Shown: positions 20,648-30,570, numbered from the stretch's first letter. The stretch is DNA of 64,000 bases from an uncultured Aliarcobacter sp. (GCA_963677435.1 OY781945.1:2208001-2272000); one strand, 5' to 3'. Translations and numbers: made by a program. Notes: generated from the sequence alone by a model not told the origin.

Positions 20648-22382
20648 GGCTTGTTCCTCCAATTGGATCTACTTTATAAACACCTAATTCTTTTCCTTTT
20701 GTATCAACAATATGTACAGCACAAGCAATACAAGGGTCAAAACTATGGATTGTTCTTAAAATCTCAAGTGGTTGATCCACATTTGCTACTTTTGTACCAA
20801 TTAATGCTGATTCATAAGCACCCATTCTTCCTTTGTAATCTCTTGGAGCTGCATTCCAAGTTGATGGAACAACTGCTTGATAATTTGCTACTTTTCCATC
20901 TTTGATTTTAATCCAATGTCCTAAACCTCCTCTTGGAGCTTCAGCCATTCCATAACCTTGAGTATCTTTTGCAACAGTATCAAAGTTAAATTCAGTCCAT
21001 GTTGATAAATCTCCATGAGCTACATTTGAAGCTAATTCATCAATCCATTCCATCATAACATCAGCCATAAGTTCTGTCTCAATTGCTCTAGCTGCAGTTC
21101 TTCCAACTGTTGAAAATAATACAGTTGTTGGTAAATTTCCATTTTTTAAGAATGTTGTTACATATTTAGAAATTCTTTCATCACCTCTTGCAACTCCTAC
21201 TATCATTCTAGCTAGTGGACCAACTTCCATTCTTTCATCATCATATAGTGGTGATTTAATCCAAGAATATTTGTTGTTTGTATCAAGATATGCAATATTG
21301 TCTTCTTTTTTACCAAAACCAGTATAAGCAGGTTTTGTAACACCTTCAAATGGATGTAAATTTGTATTACCTTCATACCAAGCATGAGTAACATCTTCTG
21401 TAATTTTTGTTTGGTCAATATCAAATACTTTTGATAAATCTTTATTTTTTACAATTCCTGAAGGGAATAATTTTGCTGCTTCATAAAATGGTGTATCATC
21501 AAGTCTAAAATCCCCATAACACATATAGTTTCCTAAACCTCCACCAATTCCCTCAAGTGCTTCACCAGCATACATAGTTCCAGCCATGTAAACATCTGGT
21601 AAGTATGCCTCTTTTGCAAATTTTTGACCTCTTTTTAGAATTTGTTTAAATTCTGCAATTCTTGCTGGATTTTTAATATCTTGTACACAAGTTACTCCAC
21701 CAACAACAAAAGATTGTGGATGTGGATTTTTACCACCAAAAATAGCCATCATTTTTGCTAATTCTCTTTGTAATTCTAAAGCATCTAAATAGTGAGATAA
21801 ACCTATTAAGTTTTGCTCAGGAGTTAGTTTAAACCCTTTTGATCCCCAATATGCATTTCCAAAGATTCCTAGTCTTCCTTGTTTTACATATTTTGTAACT
21901 CTTTCTTGAACAGCTGCATAAACATCCTCAGAAGCATTCCATGGTCTGTGTCCTGAAACACCTGCCCATTTTTGAGCTTCTGCTACTGTTGCTTTTGGAT
22001 CTGCTTTTAAAGCTTCAGTAATATCAACCCAGTCAAGTGCATGTAAGTGGTAGAAATGAACAATATGGTCATGTAAATATAAAGCACCTTGAATAAGATT
22101 TCTTACTAATCTTGCATTTTTTGGAATAGTAATTTTAAATGCATGCTCAACTGCTTCAATACTTCTTTGATAGTGAGTTCCTGTACAAACTCCACAAATT
22201 CTCATCGCTAATAAACCACAATCTCTTGGGTCTCTTCCTTTTAAAATCTCTTCAATTCCTCTAAACATTGTAGAAGATGAAAAAGCATCAACTACAACAT
22301 TATTTTCGTCGATGATTGCTTCTATTCTAAGGTGTCCTTCAATTCTTGTAATTGGATCTATTACTAAGTGTTTGTTTGCCAT
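20640..22382 (-). CDS. hydB: Membrane-bound [NiFe] uptake hydrogenase large subunit (group 1)
   Basis: DPITRIEGH, RICGVC, and DPCIACAVH followed by a cleavable C-terminal extension. Confidence 0.97.
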   Translation of the reverse strand: MANKHLVIDPITRIEGHLRIEAIIDENNVVVDAFSSSTMFRGIEEILKGRDPRDCGLLAMRICGVCTGTHYQRSIEAVEHAFKITIPKNARLVRNLIQGALYLHDHIVHFYHLHALDWVDITEALKADPKATVAEAQKWAGVSGHRPWNASEDVYAAVQERVTKYVKQGRLGIFGNAYWGSKGFKLTPEQNLIGLSHYLDALELQRELAKMMAIFGGKNPHPQSFVVGGVTCVQDIKNPARIAEFKQILKRGQKFAKEAYLPDVYMAGTMYAGEALEGIGGGLGNYMCYGDFRLDDTPFYEAAKLFPSGIVKNKDLSKVFDIDQTKITEDVTHAWYEGNTNLHPFEGVTKPAYTGFGKKEDNIAYLDTNNKYSWIKSPLYDDERMEVGPLARMIVGVARGDERISKYVTTFLKNGNLPTTVLFSTVGRTAARAIETELMADVMMEWIDELASNVAHGDLSTWTEFNFDTVAKDTQGYGMAEAPRGGLGHWIKIKDGKVANYQAVVPSTWNAAPRDYKGRMGAYESALIGTKVANVDQPLEILRTIHSFDPCIACAVHIVDTKGKELGVYKVDPIGGTSRA

Positions 22383-23617
22383 TATTTTTCTTCCCCTTCA
22401 TTTGATTTTTTTCCTGCAACTGCTGATGCCACTGCATGAACTCCAATACCAATAGCTGTTGCTGTTAATAATCCTAAACCAAACTCATCTACAGTTTTTT
22501 CAACTCCACCAGTTGGTGCTTTGATTTTTGCATCTGCCATTGGTCTTTCATAAGCATATTTATCCCAGAATTGTGGCTCAGAACATCCAATACATCCTCG
22601 TCCTACACCAATAGGCCAGTTTGTACCCTCGTTATATCTAATAATTGAACAGTTATTAAATGTCATTGGACCTTTACAACCCATTTTATATAAACAGAAA
22701 TTGTTTTTAGCACCATCATCTCCCCACTCTTCTACGAATTCACCCGCATCAAAGTGAGCTCTTCTTTCGCAGTTATCATGAATTCTATATCCAAATGCAA
22801 ATTTAGGTCTTAAAAGTGAATCAAGTTCTGGAATTTGGCCAGTTAATACATAATGTAAAACTACACCAACCATATTTGCAGGATTTGCAGGACATGCTGG
22901 AATATTGATAATTGGTTTACCTTTTACTATATCCATAACTCCAACTGCACCTGTTGGATTTGGGGCAGCTGCTGGAATTCCTCCAAAAGTAGCACATGTA
23001 CCAACAGCAACAATTGCAGCTGCATCTTTTGACATTCTAATTAAGTGATCATGGAAAGTTTCACCCATAGCACCAATTGTTCCATATTGACCATTCATAG
23101 CCATAGGAATTGCACCCTCAACAAATAGTAAATATTTACCTTTGTATAATTCTGCAGCTTCTTCAAGTTGTTTGTCAGCATCATGTCCAGCACAGGCTTG
23201 TAAAGTTTCGTGATATTCTAAACTTAATACATCAAATAATAAATCATCAACAGTTGGAGCTGAACTTCTTAAAAGTGCCTCTGAGTTTCCAGCACAATCT
23301 TGTAACTCAATCCAAATAACTGGAACTCTATTCATAAGTTCAGTAGCTTCTGCAACAAGTGGAGCAAACATAGGAGGTAACATAAGTGTGGCAGTTGTTG
23401 CACTAACCCACTTCATAAAATCTCTTCTATTTACACCTTCAGATTCTATTACATCCATTAAATCAATATCTTTAAGTGCAGGTTGCGCTTTTAATATTGA
23501 TAAACGACTTTTTACTTTTTCAAATAAAGAGTTGTAATATTCTTCACCTTTATTTGTTTCAACTTTTCCTGATTTTTGGGTAAAAACCTTTTTTACCATT
23601 TCTTGCGAATCAATCAT
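22382..23617 (-). CDS. hydA: Membrane-bound [NiFe] hydrogenase small subunit, Tat-exported
   Basis: NRRDFMK Tat motif, Fe-S Cys motifs (HDNC, CLYKMGCKGP, GCIGC), C-terminal TM helix with His. Confidence 0.95.
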   Translation of the reverse strand: MIDSQEMVKKVFTQKSGKVETNKGEEYYNSLFEKVKSRLSILKAQPALKDIDLMDVIESEGVNRRDFMKWVSATTATLMLPPMFAPLVAEATELMNRVPVIWIELQDCAGNSEALLRSSAPTVDDLLFDVLSLEYHETLQACAGHDADKQLEEAAELYKGKYLLFVEGAIPMAMNGQYGTIGAMGETFHDHLIRMSKDAAAIVAVGTCATFGGIPAAAPNPTGAVGVMDIVKGKPIINIPACPANPANMVGVVLHYVLTGQIPELDSLLRPKFAFGYRIHDNCERRAHFDAGEFVEEWGDDGAKNNFCLYKMGCKGPMTFNNCSIIRYNEGTNWPIGVGRGCIGCSEPQFWDKYAYERPMADAKIKAPTGGVEKTVDEFGLGLLTATAIGIGVHAVASAVAGKKSNEGEEK

Positions 23618-23636
23618 ACCTCTTACTCCTTAAAAA

Positions 23637-23652
23637 ATGAATGTTCATTTAC
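23637..23652. promoter_or_regulatory. Putative TetR-type operator near the hydA RBS
   Basis: ATGAATGTTCATTTAC; near-match to the site at 23858. Confidence 0.5.
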
Positions 23653-23857
23653 TTAATGTAAAATATCTGTATCAGACTTATTCTTTTCTTAATTAAAACC
23701 CACAAAAAGTAGCATTAAACTAGCATTTTTGCTATTTGTTTTATTTTATTTTTCTTATTATATGATTTTATGGTGTCTTGATTATTTTTGTTCTAAAAGT
23801 ATATAAGAAGTTTCTAAATTTAATTTTTTTTAAATTTGTTACTAATATACACTTTTT

Positions 23858-23873
23858 ATGAATGTTTATTCAT
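23858..23873. promoter_or_regulatory. Putative TetR-type operator upstream of the hydA promoter
   Basis: ATGAAT-GTTT-ATTCAT inverted repeat. Confidence 0.5.
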
Positions 23874-25228
23874 TAATGAGTGGTACAAACAGAGCATACA
23901 TCAAAGCTTCGTAAGACTATTTTTGCTATTTCGATACTTGAAGAACCAATAATTGCTTTTTGAGCAATTCCTTTTTGATTTTTACTTTCAGGGCCTAAAT
24001 TCCAAACTGTTGGAGTTATTACATCATATGATTTTATTAAGCCTTTTTCAATAGTTATATTATGAAAAAGAGAACCTCGACAAGCTTCAACAACTGCTAT
24101 TGCTGAAGCTTTTTCAATATCTTTTAGTGAAATTTTTGGTTTTATATATGAAAGTTCTGAAATATCAACTTGGGAAATTAGATTATTTGTTTCATATAAA
24201 AGATGTGCAATTTCATCAATTCTTGCCATTACTCTTGTAAAAACTGAATCATCAAAAGATTTGTGTACTTCTTTTATAAATTTTCTATTTGAGATAATTG
24301 CCCTTGATAGTGGTCCTGTTTCAAAAAAGTTTTCATCATAAGATACTGATTTTGACCAAGTATGTTTTTCTTGAGTATTCTCATTTTTATTTAAAGAAAA
24401 AGTATTAGTTTCATCTTCAACTATTTTTGAAAAATCTAATTTGTTAACTAATCTTCGTTTTATTCTTCCACTTTTAAATAAACTAGATTCTCCTAAAGTT
24501 ATAAATCTGTTATATGATTTTCCATATTTATCTAAAGAGTATTTAAAGGATAAGTCTTTAAAATATTTTAAATCTTCACCTAAATTTTCTAAATTATCCA
24601 CACTCTCATAAGCTAAATAATTTTCTAAACTAACTCCACTAATTGAATTCTCAAAAAAACTAATTGCGGTTTGAAGATAGTTTTGCATCATAATTAAATC
24701 AAGTTTAGTAGGATCACTCATAACTCCACCAGGAATCATATATGAAGTGTGTGGCCATTGTCCACCAATAACAGCTAATGCTTTTATAGTTTCACTAGCA
24801 GCTTTTTGAGCTTGCATCCATCGGATACCTTTTAATGGTGCATAAATTCCCAAATCATTTGAATCTAGTTTTATAATATCTGGAAGTATAAACATATAAA
24901 ACCATTTTATGTGAGAATCTATTATCTCAATATTTAGGCCTATTTCTCTTAAAAGTTTTGCTTTTTGTGTGATTTGCAATTTTTCATTTATATTTTCATA
25001 TACATTTTCCAAAGCCTCAACTGTTGCTTTTAGATGCGCTTGTCCACATATCCCACAAATTCTTGGAGTATAAACTAAAGCATCAAGGGGAGATTTTCCT
25101 TCTAAAATATATTCAAACCCTCTAAAATTTAAAAAATCAATTCTTGCATCAGTAACTTTATTGTTTTTCCATGTACAATGAAGTTTTGCTTCACCCTCGA
25201 TTCTTTCTACTAAGTCTATTGTTTTCAC
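23873..25228 (-). CDS. hupL: Cytoplasmic group-2-type [NiFe] hydrogenase large subunit, no C-terminal extension
   Basis: ERIEGE and PRICGICGQAH; ends DVCSVCTTH-stop; GTG start. Confidence 0.88.
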   Translation of the reverse strand: MKTIDLVERIEGEAKLHCTWKNNKVTDARIDFLNFRGFEYILEGKSPLDALVYTPRICGICGQAHLKATVEALENVYENINEKLQITQKAKLLREIGLNIEIIDSHIKWFYMFILPDIIKLDSNDLGIYAPLKGIRWMQAQKAASETIKALAVIGGQWPHTSYMIPGGVMSDPTKLDLIMMQNYLQTAISFFENSISGVSLENYLAYESVDNLENLGEDLKYFKDLSFKYSLDKYGKSYNRFITLGESSLFKSGRIKRRLVNKLDFSKIVEDETNTFSLNKNENTQEKHTWSKSVSYDENFFETGPLSRAIISNRKFIKEVHKSFDDSVFTRVMARIDEIAHLLYETNNLISQVDISELSYIKPKISLKDIEKASAIAVVEACRGSLFHNITIEKGLIKSYDVITPTVWNLGPESKNQKGIAQKAIIGSSSIEIAKIVLRSFDVCSVCTTH

Positions 25229-25230
25229 TT

Positions 25231-26124
25231 TTATTCCATTAATTTTTTATGAAGTCTATCTATTCTAAAAGTTTTTGCAACTCCACTAATACTTAAATAT
25301 GCCCTTTTTGAAATTCCTAAAGGAACTTCATAGGGAATTCCTATATTTTTTTTAGTTTCTAACATATCATTTCTTGGAAAATCCATTTCTGTACATCCAA
25401 TACAAGGCATTCCTGCTCTTGTTTTTGAACTAATATCATTCCACAAAATTTTATTACAAGAGCTATGAGTCATTGGACCTCGACAACCTTGATCGTAAAA
25501 TAAACACCCCTCTTTTTGTCCAAAATCACCTTCAATTTTCCACTCAAAATACTCATTTCTTGTACATCCATGATGGGCTAGAGTGCTATAAAGTTCCTTT
25601 GGTCGCCCTACTTCATCTAAGGCAATTTCTCCATAAGCTTTTAATGTAAAAAGAGTTTGTAAAATCCATTCTGGATGAACAGGACATCCTGTAAGATTTA
25701 CTACTTTGTGTTTTAAATTTTCTAAAATATCTTTATTTATAGCCTCATTAATACTACAAATATCTTCATTTTGTATAAATTTTGCATGAACTCCACCATA
25801 AGAGGCACATGATCCCACAGCTATAATATAATTTGATTTTGAAACTAATTTATTTAAGTGATTAAAAGTTGAATCTTCATGAATTGAAAATATATCTTTA
25901 TTTGAAGATATAGAACCCTCGATTAATAAAAAGTCTATTCTTTCTTTTTGATTTAAAATATCTTCAAGGGTTTTATCAATTGTTAAACTTGGATGATATA
26001 TAAAATCAAAACTGTTTAGGAAAAGCTCAAACCTACTTGAGTTTGCACTCAATAAAGAATGAGTATTTCCATTACATGTAATTGCAGTAAACCAGACAAC
26101 TGTTGGTTTTTTTTTAGTTATCAT
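25231..26124 (-). CDS. hupS: Cytoplasmic group-2-type [NiFe] hydrogenase small subunit (no Tat signal)
   Basis: TCNGN, GSCASYGG, GCPVHP, HHGCTRNEYF, CRGP and PCIGC motifs. Confidence 0.88.
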   Translation of the reverse strand: MITKKKPTVVWFTAITCNGNTHSLLSANSSRFELFLNSFDFIYHPSLTIDKTLEDILNQKERIDFLLIEGSISSNKDIFSIHEDSTFNHLNKLVSKSNYIIAVGSCASYGGVHAKFIQNEDICSINEAINKDILENLKHKVVNLTGCPVHPEWILQTLFTLKAYGEIALDEVGRPKELYSTLAHHGCTRNEYFEWKIEGDFGQKEGCLFYDQGCRGPMTHSSCNKILWNDISSKTRAGMPCIGCTEMDFPRNDMLETKKNIGIPYEVPLGISKRAYLSISGVAKTFRIDRLHKKLME

Positions 26125-26707
26125 ACTTCAAAGCACGATATATATTTTCAGCCACTGAATCAGAATAAAAAAGTAATTCTTTATCTAAAACTTTCTCTCC
26201 ACTTAAAAAAGCAAAGCCACCTAAACATCCCATTATCATTGCAAATGCTGGGAAAAACTCTTGTTCTCTAAACTCTTTTTTACTTGCACCCTCTTCAAGT
26301 AAAATCATAACTTCTGTTACAAATTCTCCTACACATAAGAAACCTTCACAACCTTGTTTGAATACCTCTCTATTTGATAAATATACTCTTAAAAAATACT
26401 CTATAACTTCAGGAGATTTTTGTACATTTTCTAAATACTTTTCTACAAAGTGATATATTTTTTCTTTTGAACTTATATCTAAATTATTAATCTGTTTTAA
26501 CTCTTCAGCTAAAATATTTGTTGAGTATTTTATTGCAAATTTTGCAAGTTCTTCTTTTGAAGAGAAATAGTTATACATATTTCCAACGCTCATACTCATA
26601 GCTTTTGCAATATCTGGAATAGTTGTGTTATAAAAACCTTTTTGAGAGAAAAGTTTCAAGGCATTTTGTATAATATTATTTTTTTTATTTTCTTTTGTAG
26701 TAGAAAT
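26114..26707 (-). CDS. TetR/AcrR family transcriptional regulator, probable ATT start
   Basis: HTH signature ALKLFSQKGFYNTTIPDIAKAMSMSVGNMYNYFSSKEEL; AAGGA RBS 6 nt before ATT 26707; in-frame TAA two codons further upstream. Confidence 0.85.
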   Translation of the reverse strand: MSTTKENKKNNIIQNALKLFSQKGFYNTTIPDIAKAMSMSVGNMYNYFSSKEELAKFAIKYSTNILAEELKQINNLDISSKEKIYHFVEKYLENVQKSPEVIEYFLRVYLSNREVFKQGCEGFLCVGEFVTEVMILLEEGASKKEFREQEFFPAFAMIMGCLGGFAFLSGEKVLDKELLFYSDSVAENIYRALKYDN

Positions 26708-26798
26708 CTTTTATCCTTTAAAAATATTTATTTATAATAATACATTTAATATTAATTAATTATGAATTAATTACAAATTAATAGAAATAGCAGTTTAT

Positions 26799-28235
26799 TT
26801 AATCAATAATAGATATTCTATTTTTACCATTATTTTTAGATTCATACATTGCCATATCTGCTCTATTTACTAAATCATCAATTGTATCTTCTTTTTTTAA
26901 CATACTTAATCCAAAACTTGCAGTTATAAATGATTCATTTAAATTTTTTAAAATATAATCATTTTCAATTAAACTTTTTAATTTTTCTGTTACAGCTATT
27001 GAATCTTCCATTGAACTATTTACATAAGCAATTACAAATTCTTCTCCACCCCATCTTGCTAATAAATCGCTTTTTCTTATATTTGTTTTTAATATATCTG
27101 CAATTCTTGTAAGAACTTTATCTCCTGTAATATGTCCAAATTTATCATTTACATCTTTAAAATTATCAATATCAAGGAAAAGTAAAGACATTGGTTGTTC
27201 ATGTCGTTGATGAAATAACATGGCGTGTTCTAGTTTTAATGTAAATACTCTTCTATTGTTTATATTTGTTAGTAAATCAATATCAGCTAAATATTCTAAC
27301 TTTTTATTATATTTTTTTATCATATAAGTTATGATAATTGTGATAATTAGAGAAATAAATAAAGAGAAAAATAAATTTATAAAAAATATATCTTTTACAT
27401 CAGTAATAAAATCATCAAGATTTGCTTCAACTAATAAATATAGATTTAGTTCAGGTATATATTTTGTATTTAAAAGACATTTTTTATTATTATTTTCGTA
27501 CTCTAAAGTTAATGGCTCTTTTGAAATAATTTCATTTTTATACTTTTTTAAATTAGGTAATTCATCAATATTTTTTTCAGGCATAATATCTTTTTCTGAT
27601 AAGACAATATCTCCATTTTCATTTAAAAAAGATACTTTAAAATGATATTTTTGTCTAAACATTTTTAACATATCATCGATATATGAGATTTTAATAGCGA
27701 CCCCTGTTGCTCCAATATATGAATAATTGCTATCAAATATTTTATAATTTATAAACATAATCAAAGAGTTTGATAGACTTTTATTAAAATCTAGATTTAT
27801 TTCATGGCTTTCTTCAATATGTTTAAATTTAAAATACCAAGCATTATTTGGATTTTCTTTTTCAATCTTTTCAAGTAAGCCATCTTGAGTATAATAATTA
27901 CCAGTTTTTTCAGATACTAAAAATGTTGCAAACATTGAATATTTATTTTTTACAGCTTCTAAATATTTCTGAATTTTATGATTATTAATTTCATCATTTA
28001 ATATCCAATCTTGTACAAAAGTATCATTGGCCATCATTGAAGAAACTAAATAAGGTTCAATTATATGTTTTTGAATTTCTGTGTAAATATTGTCTAAAGA
28101 AAGAGGTAAAGATTGTGTTTTTAAATGTCTTTCTGTACTGTTCAATGAAACATAATAGTTAATAAATGTAATTGATACAGAAAGTATTAAAAGTAATGTA
28201 CTAATTATAACAACCATTTTATATTTTGAATTCAT
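26799..28235 (-). CDS. Periplasmic-sensor (Cache-like) diguanylate cyclase
   Basis: Two TM helices flank a sensor domain; DIDNFKDVND..GH..GD and RWGGEEF motifs. Confidence 0.92.
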   Translation of the reverse strand: MNSKYKMVVIISTLLLILSVSITFINYYVSLNSTERHLKTQSLPLSLDNIYTEIQKHIIEPYLVSSMMANDTFVQDWILNDEINNHKIQKYLEAVKNKYSMFATFLVSEKTGNYYTQDGLLEKIEKENPNNAWYFKFKHIEESHEINLDFNKSLSNSLIMFINYKIFDSNYSYIGATGVAIKISYIDDMLKMFRQKYHFKVSFLNENGDIVLSEKDIMPEKNIDELPNLKKYKNEIISKEPLTLEYENNNKKCLLNTKYIPELNLYLLVEANLDDFITDVKDIFFINLFFSLFISLIITIIITYMIKKYNKKLEYLADIDLLTNINNRRVFTLKLEHAMLFHQRHEQPMSLLFLDIDNFKDVNDKFGHITGDKVLTRIADILKTNIRKSDLLARWGGEEFVIAYVNSSMEDSIAVTEKLKSLIENDYILKNLNESFITASFGLSMLKKEDTIDDLVNRADMAMYESKNNGKNRISIID

Positions 28236-28312
28236 TAAATACCTTTTATATTAAATAATAAAAATTTTCCGAATTATAACTTTAAAGAGCTAAAAAAGGT
28301 TACATTTCTTTT

Positions 28313-29680
28313 TTATCCATTAAATTTTTCAATCTCTTTTACACTCTCAACTGCGGCTGGAAGTATTGCTTCACTCATAGCTGGATGAATATATAACATC
28401 TCTTTTAAATGTCTTATGTCATTATTTATGTGCATAACAGCTAATACTTGATGCATCATTGTTGAACTTTCTGGTCCAATCATATGGCAACCTAAAATTT
28501 CATAGTTTTTTGGATTAACTATAAACTTTGTAACTGGATATTTCAGTCTTGTGGACATTGCTTTTGCACTTGCTAACCAATTTGTTGTTGTAGCTACATA
28601 TTGGATATTTAATTTTTTTGCTTCTTGTTCAGTAAGTCCTACACTTGCAATTTCTGGATCTGTAAAAACTGCATGGGGCATATATTTGAAATTTAAAGGT
28701 TCTTTACACTCTTCAAGTAAAATCTTACTTAAGTGATTTACTTCATATGCAGCTGCATGTTGAAGCATATAAACTCCTGCTGCATCGCCAACTACATAAA
28801 CACCTTTTGCTGTTGTTTCAAAGAAAATATCTCTTTTTATATAGCCTCTTTCGTTTATCTCAATAGAAGTATTTTCTAGTTTTAAACTTGAAGTATTTGA
28901 TTCTCTTCCAATTGCATAAAGTAAAGCTTCACTTTTATGTTGTTTTTTTTGACCATTTGTATTTTCTAAAATCATAGAAAATTGCTCATCTTGGTACTCA
29001 ACATCAATTGCGCTTGTATCAAACTCAATATCTACTTTTTGGCTAAATTCTTTTTTAAAGATTGAAGCTATTTCTTCATCTTCATTTCCTAAGATATTTT
29101 GACTTCGTACAAGTAATTTTGTTTCTATTCCAATAGCTGAGAAAAAGCCTGCTAATTCACAAGCTATAAATCCAGACCCCACAATTGTAATTGATTTTGG
29201 AATTTTACCTTCTAAAGGAAAAATATCATCACTTGTCCAAGCCTTTTCATGTTCAGGCATTTTAGGTTTTGTTCCTGTGGCTATTACAATCTTAGGCGCT
29301 GTTAATTTTTGTCCATCTACTTCTACTTCATTATCTGAAATAAAAAAACCTGTACCTTTGAAAACTTCTACATTTTCATTAAATCTACTATTATATCTTC
29401 CATCTATTTTTGAAATATAATTATTTGTTTTAGAGAAGATTTTTTCTATATCAATATTATTTATTGTTGAGTTTATAAAGTGTCTATTTGATTCTTTAAT
29501 AGCATTTGCCACATGTGCATAACCAATTAGAAGTTTTGAAGGAACACAACCTCTATTTGGGCAAGTTCCACCTAAAGTAGATTTTTCAATTACTGCAACT
29601 TTTTTTCCAGCTTTTCCAGCACTAACAGCTAAATTACTAGCTCTTCCTGCTCCTATTATTATTAAATCAAACTTTTTCAT
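28313..29680 (-). CDS. Flavoprotein disulfide reductase (dihydrolipoamide dehydrogenase/mycothione reductase-like)
   Basis: GGTCPNRGCVPSK, GSGFIACE and HPAMSE motifs. Confidence 0.88.
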   Translation of the reverse strand: MKKFDLIIIGAGRASNLAVSAGKAGKKVAVIEKSTLGGTCPNRGCVPSKLLIGYAHVANAIKESNRHFINSTINNIDIEKIFSKTNNYISKIDGRYNSRFNENVEVFKGTGFFISDNEVEVDGQKLTAPKIVIATGTKPKMPEHEKAWTSDDIFPLEGKIPKSITIVGSGFIACELAGFFSAIGIETKLLVRSQNILGNEDEEIASIFKKEFSQKVDIEFDTSAIDVEYQDEQFSMILENTNGQKKQHKSEALLYAIGRESNTSSLKLENTSIEINERGYIKRDIFFETTAKGVYVVGDAAGVYMLQHAAAYEVNHLSKILLEECKEPLNFKYMPHAVFTDPEIASVGLTEQEAKKLNIQYVATTTNWLASAKAMSTRLKYPVTKFIVNPKNYEILGCHMIGPESSTMMHQVLAVMHINNDIRHLKEMLYIHPAMSEAILPAAVESVKEIEKFNG

Positions 29681-30072
29681 TTTATAGCCTTTTTTATTAA
29701 TACATAATTTTTAAGATAGTTTATAATTTCTATCAAAAACAAAGCAATCAAACCCATAACCCAATAAAAAAACCATTGGGAAATCATCCCAATAAATCCA
29801 TCTTCTTGAATATAATCAATAACTTCAAAAACAAGAAAAATCACAATAGAAGTACGAAAAGACAAATTGGCATTTTTATTAAAATCTATCAACTCATAAT
29901 CTTTTAATTTAAATCGAAAATATAAATAAATCAATCCCATGGGAATTAAACTCAAAAGATAAAGATAATCATCTTTTATTATTTCAATAGTTTTATTTTC
30001 TCCCAATAAAAAAATATAAATAACTATGATAGATATTAAAGATAGTGTAAAAAGACCAAGTTGTTTTATCAA
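29677..30072 (-). CDS. Hypothetical membrane protein
   Basis: About 4 TM helices; TTG start at 30072 after AAGGA; stop overlaps the reductase start (ATGA). Confidence 0.7.
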   Translation of the reverse strand: MIKQLGLFTLSLISIIVIYIFLLGENKTIEIIKDDYLYLLSLIPMGLIYLYFRFKLKDYELIDFNKNANLSFRTSIVIFLVFEVIDYIQEDGFIGMISQWFFYWVMGLIALFLIEIINYLKNYVLIKKAIK

Positions 30073-30255
30073 GATATTTCCTTTTGTTTTATTGATTTTA
30101 GCAAACAATACATTAAGAATTTAACAAAGATTTTTTTTAAGCTATCACTAAAATAAATAAAGTAGAATTTACACCATGTAATCACGCTTAACTCATATTA
30201 AGTATTTGCATTATTAGTTTAAACTTTTCAAATCAATTATAAAAAGGAAAATATC

Positions 30256-30570
30256 ATGATAAATGTAAGTGTAATGTATCCAAACTCAGCAGATGTGACA
30301 TTTGATAAAGAGTACTATTGTAATAAACACATCCCATTAATTTCGCAATTATTAGGCGATGCACTAAAAGATATTCAAGTAAGTTTTGGTTTAGTTGGAG
30401 CCTCTATTGAAGAAGCTCCTGCTTTTGTTGCCATGGTTTTTATGACTTTTGATTCAATTGAAGCTTTTCAAACAGCCTTTGGACCACATGCTCAAAGATT
30501 AGTTGATGATATTCCAAACTATACAAATGCTCAAGCTCAAATTCAAATTAGTGAAATAGTAAGTAAATAG
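30256..30570 (+). CDS. EthD family protein
   Basis: VSVMYP...FD..YY..KHIP...DIPNYT...QISE pattern. Confidence 0.88.
   Translation: MINVSVMYPNSADVTFDKEYYCNKHIPLISQLLGDALKDIQVSFGLVGASIEEAPAFVAMVFMTFDSIEAFQTAFGPHAQRLVDDIPNYTNAQAQIQISEIVSK

Noticed and set aside
23420..23617. Long N-terminal stretch before the HydA twin-arginine motif as a novelty
   Set aside because: Extended leaders are already known for Campylobacterota HydA proteins.
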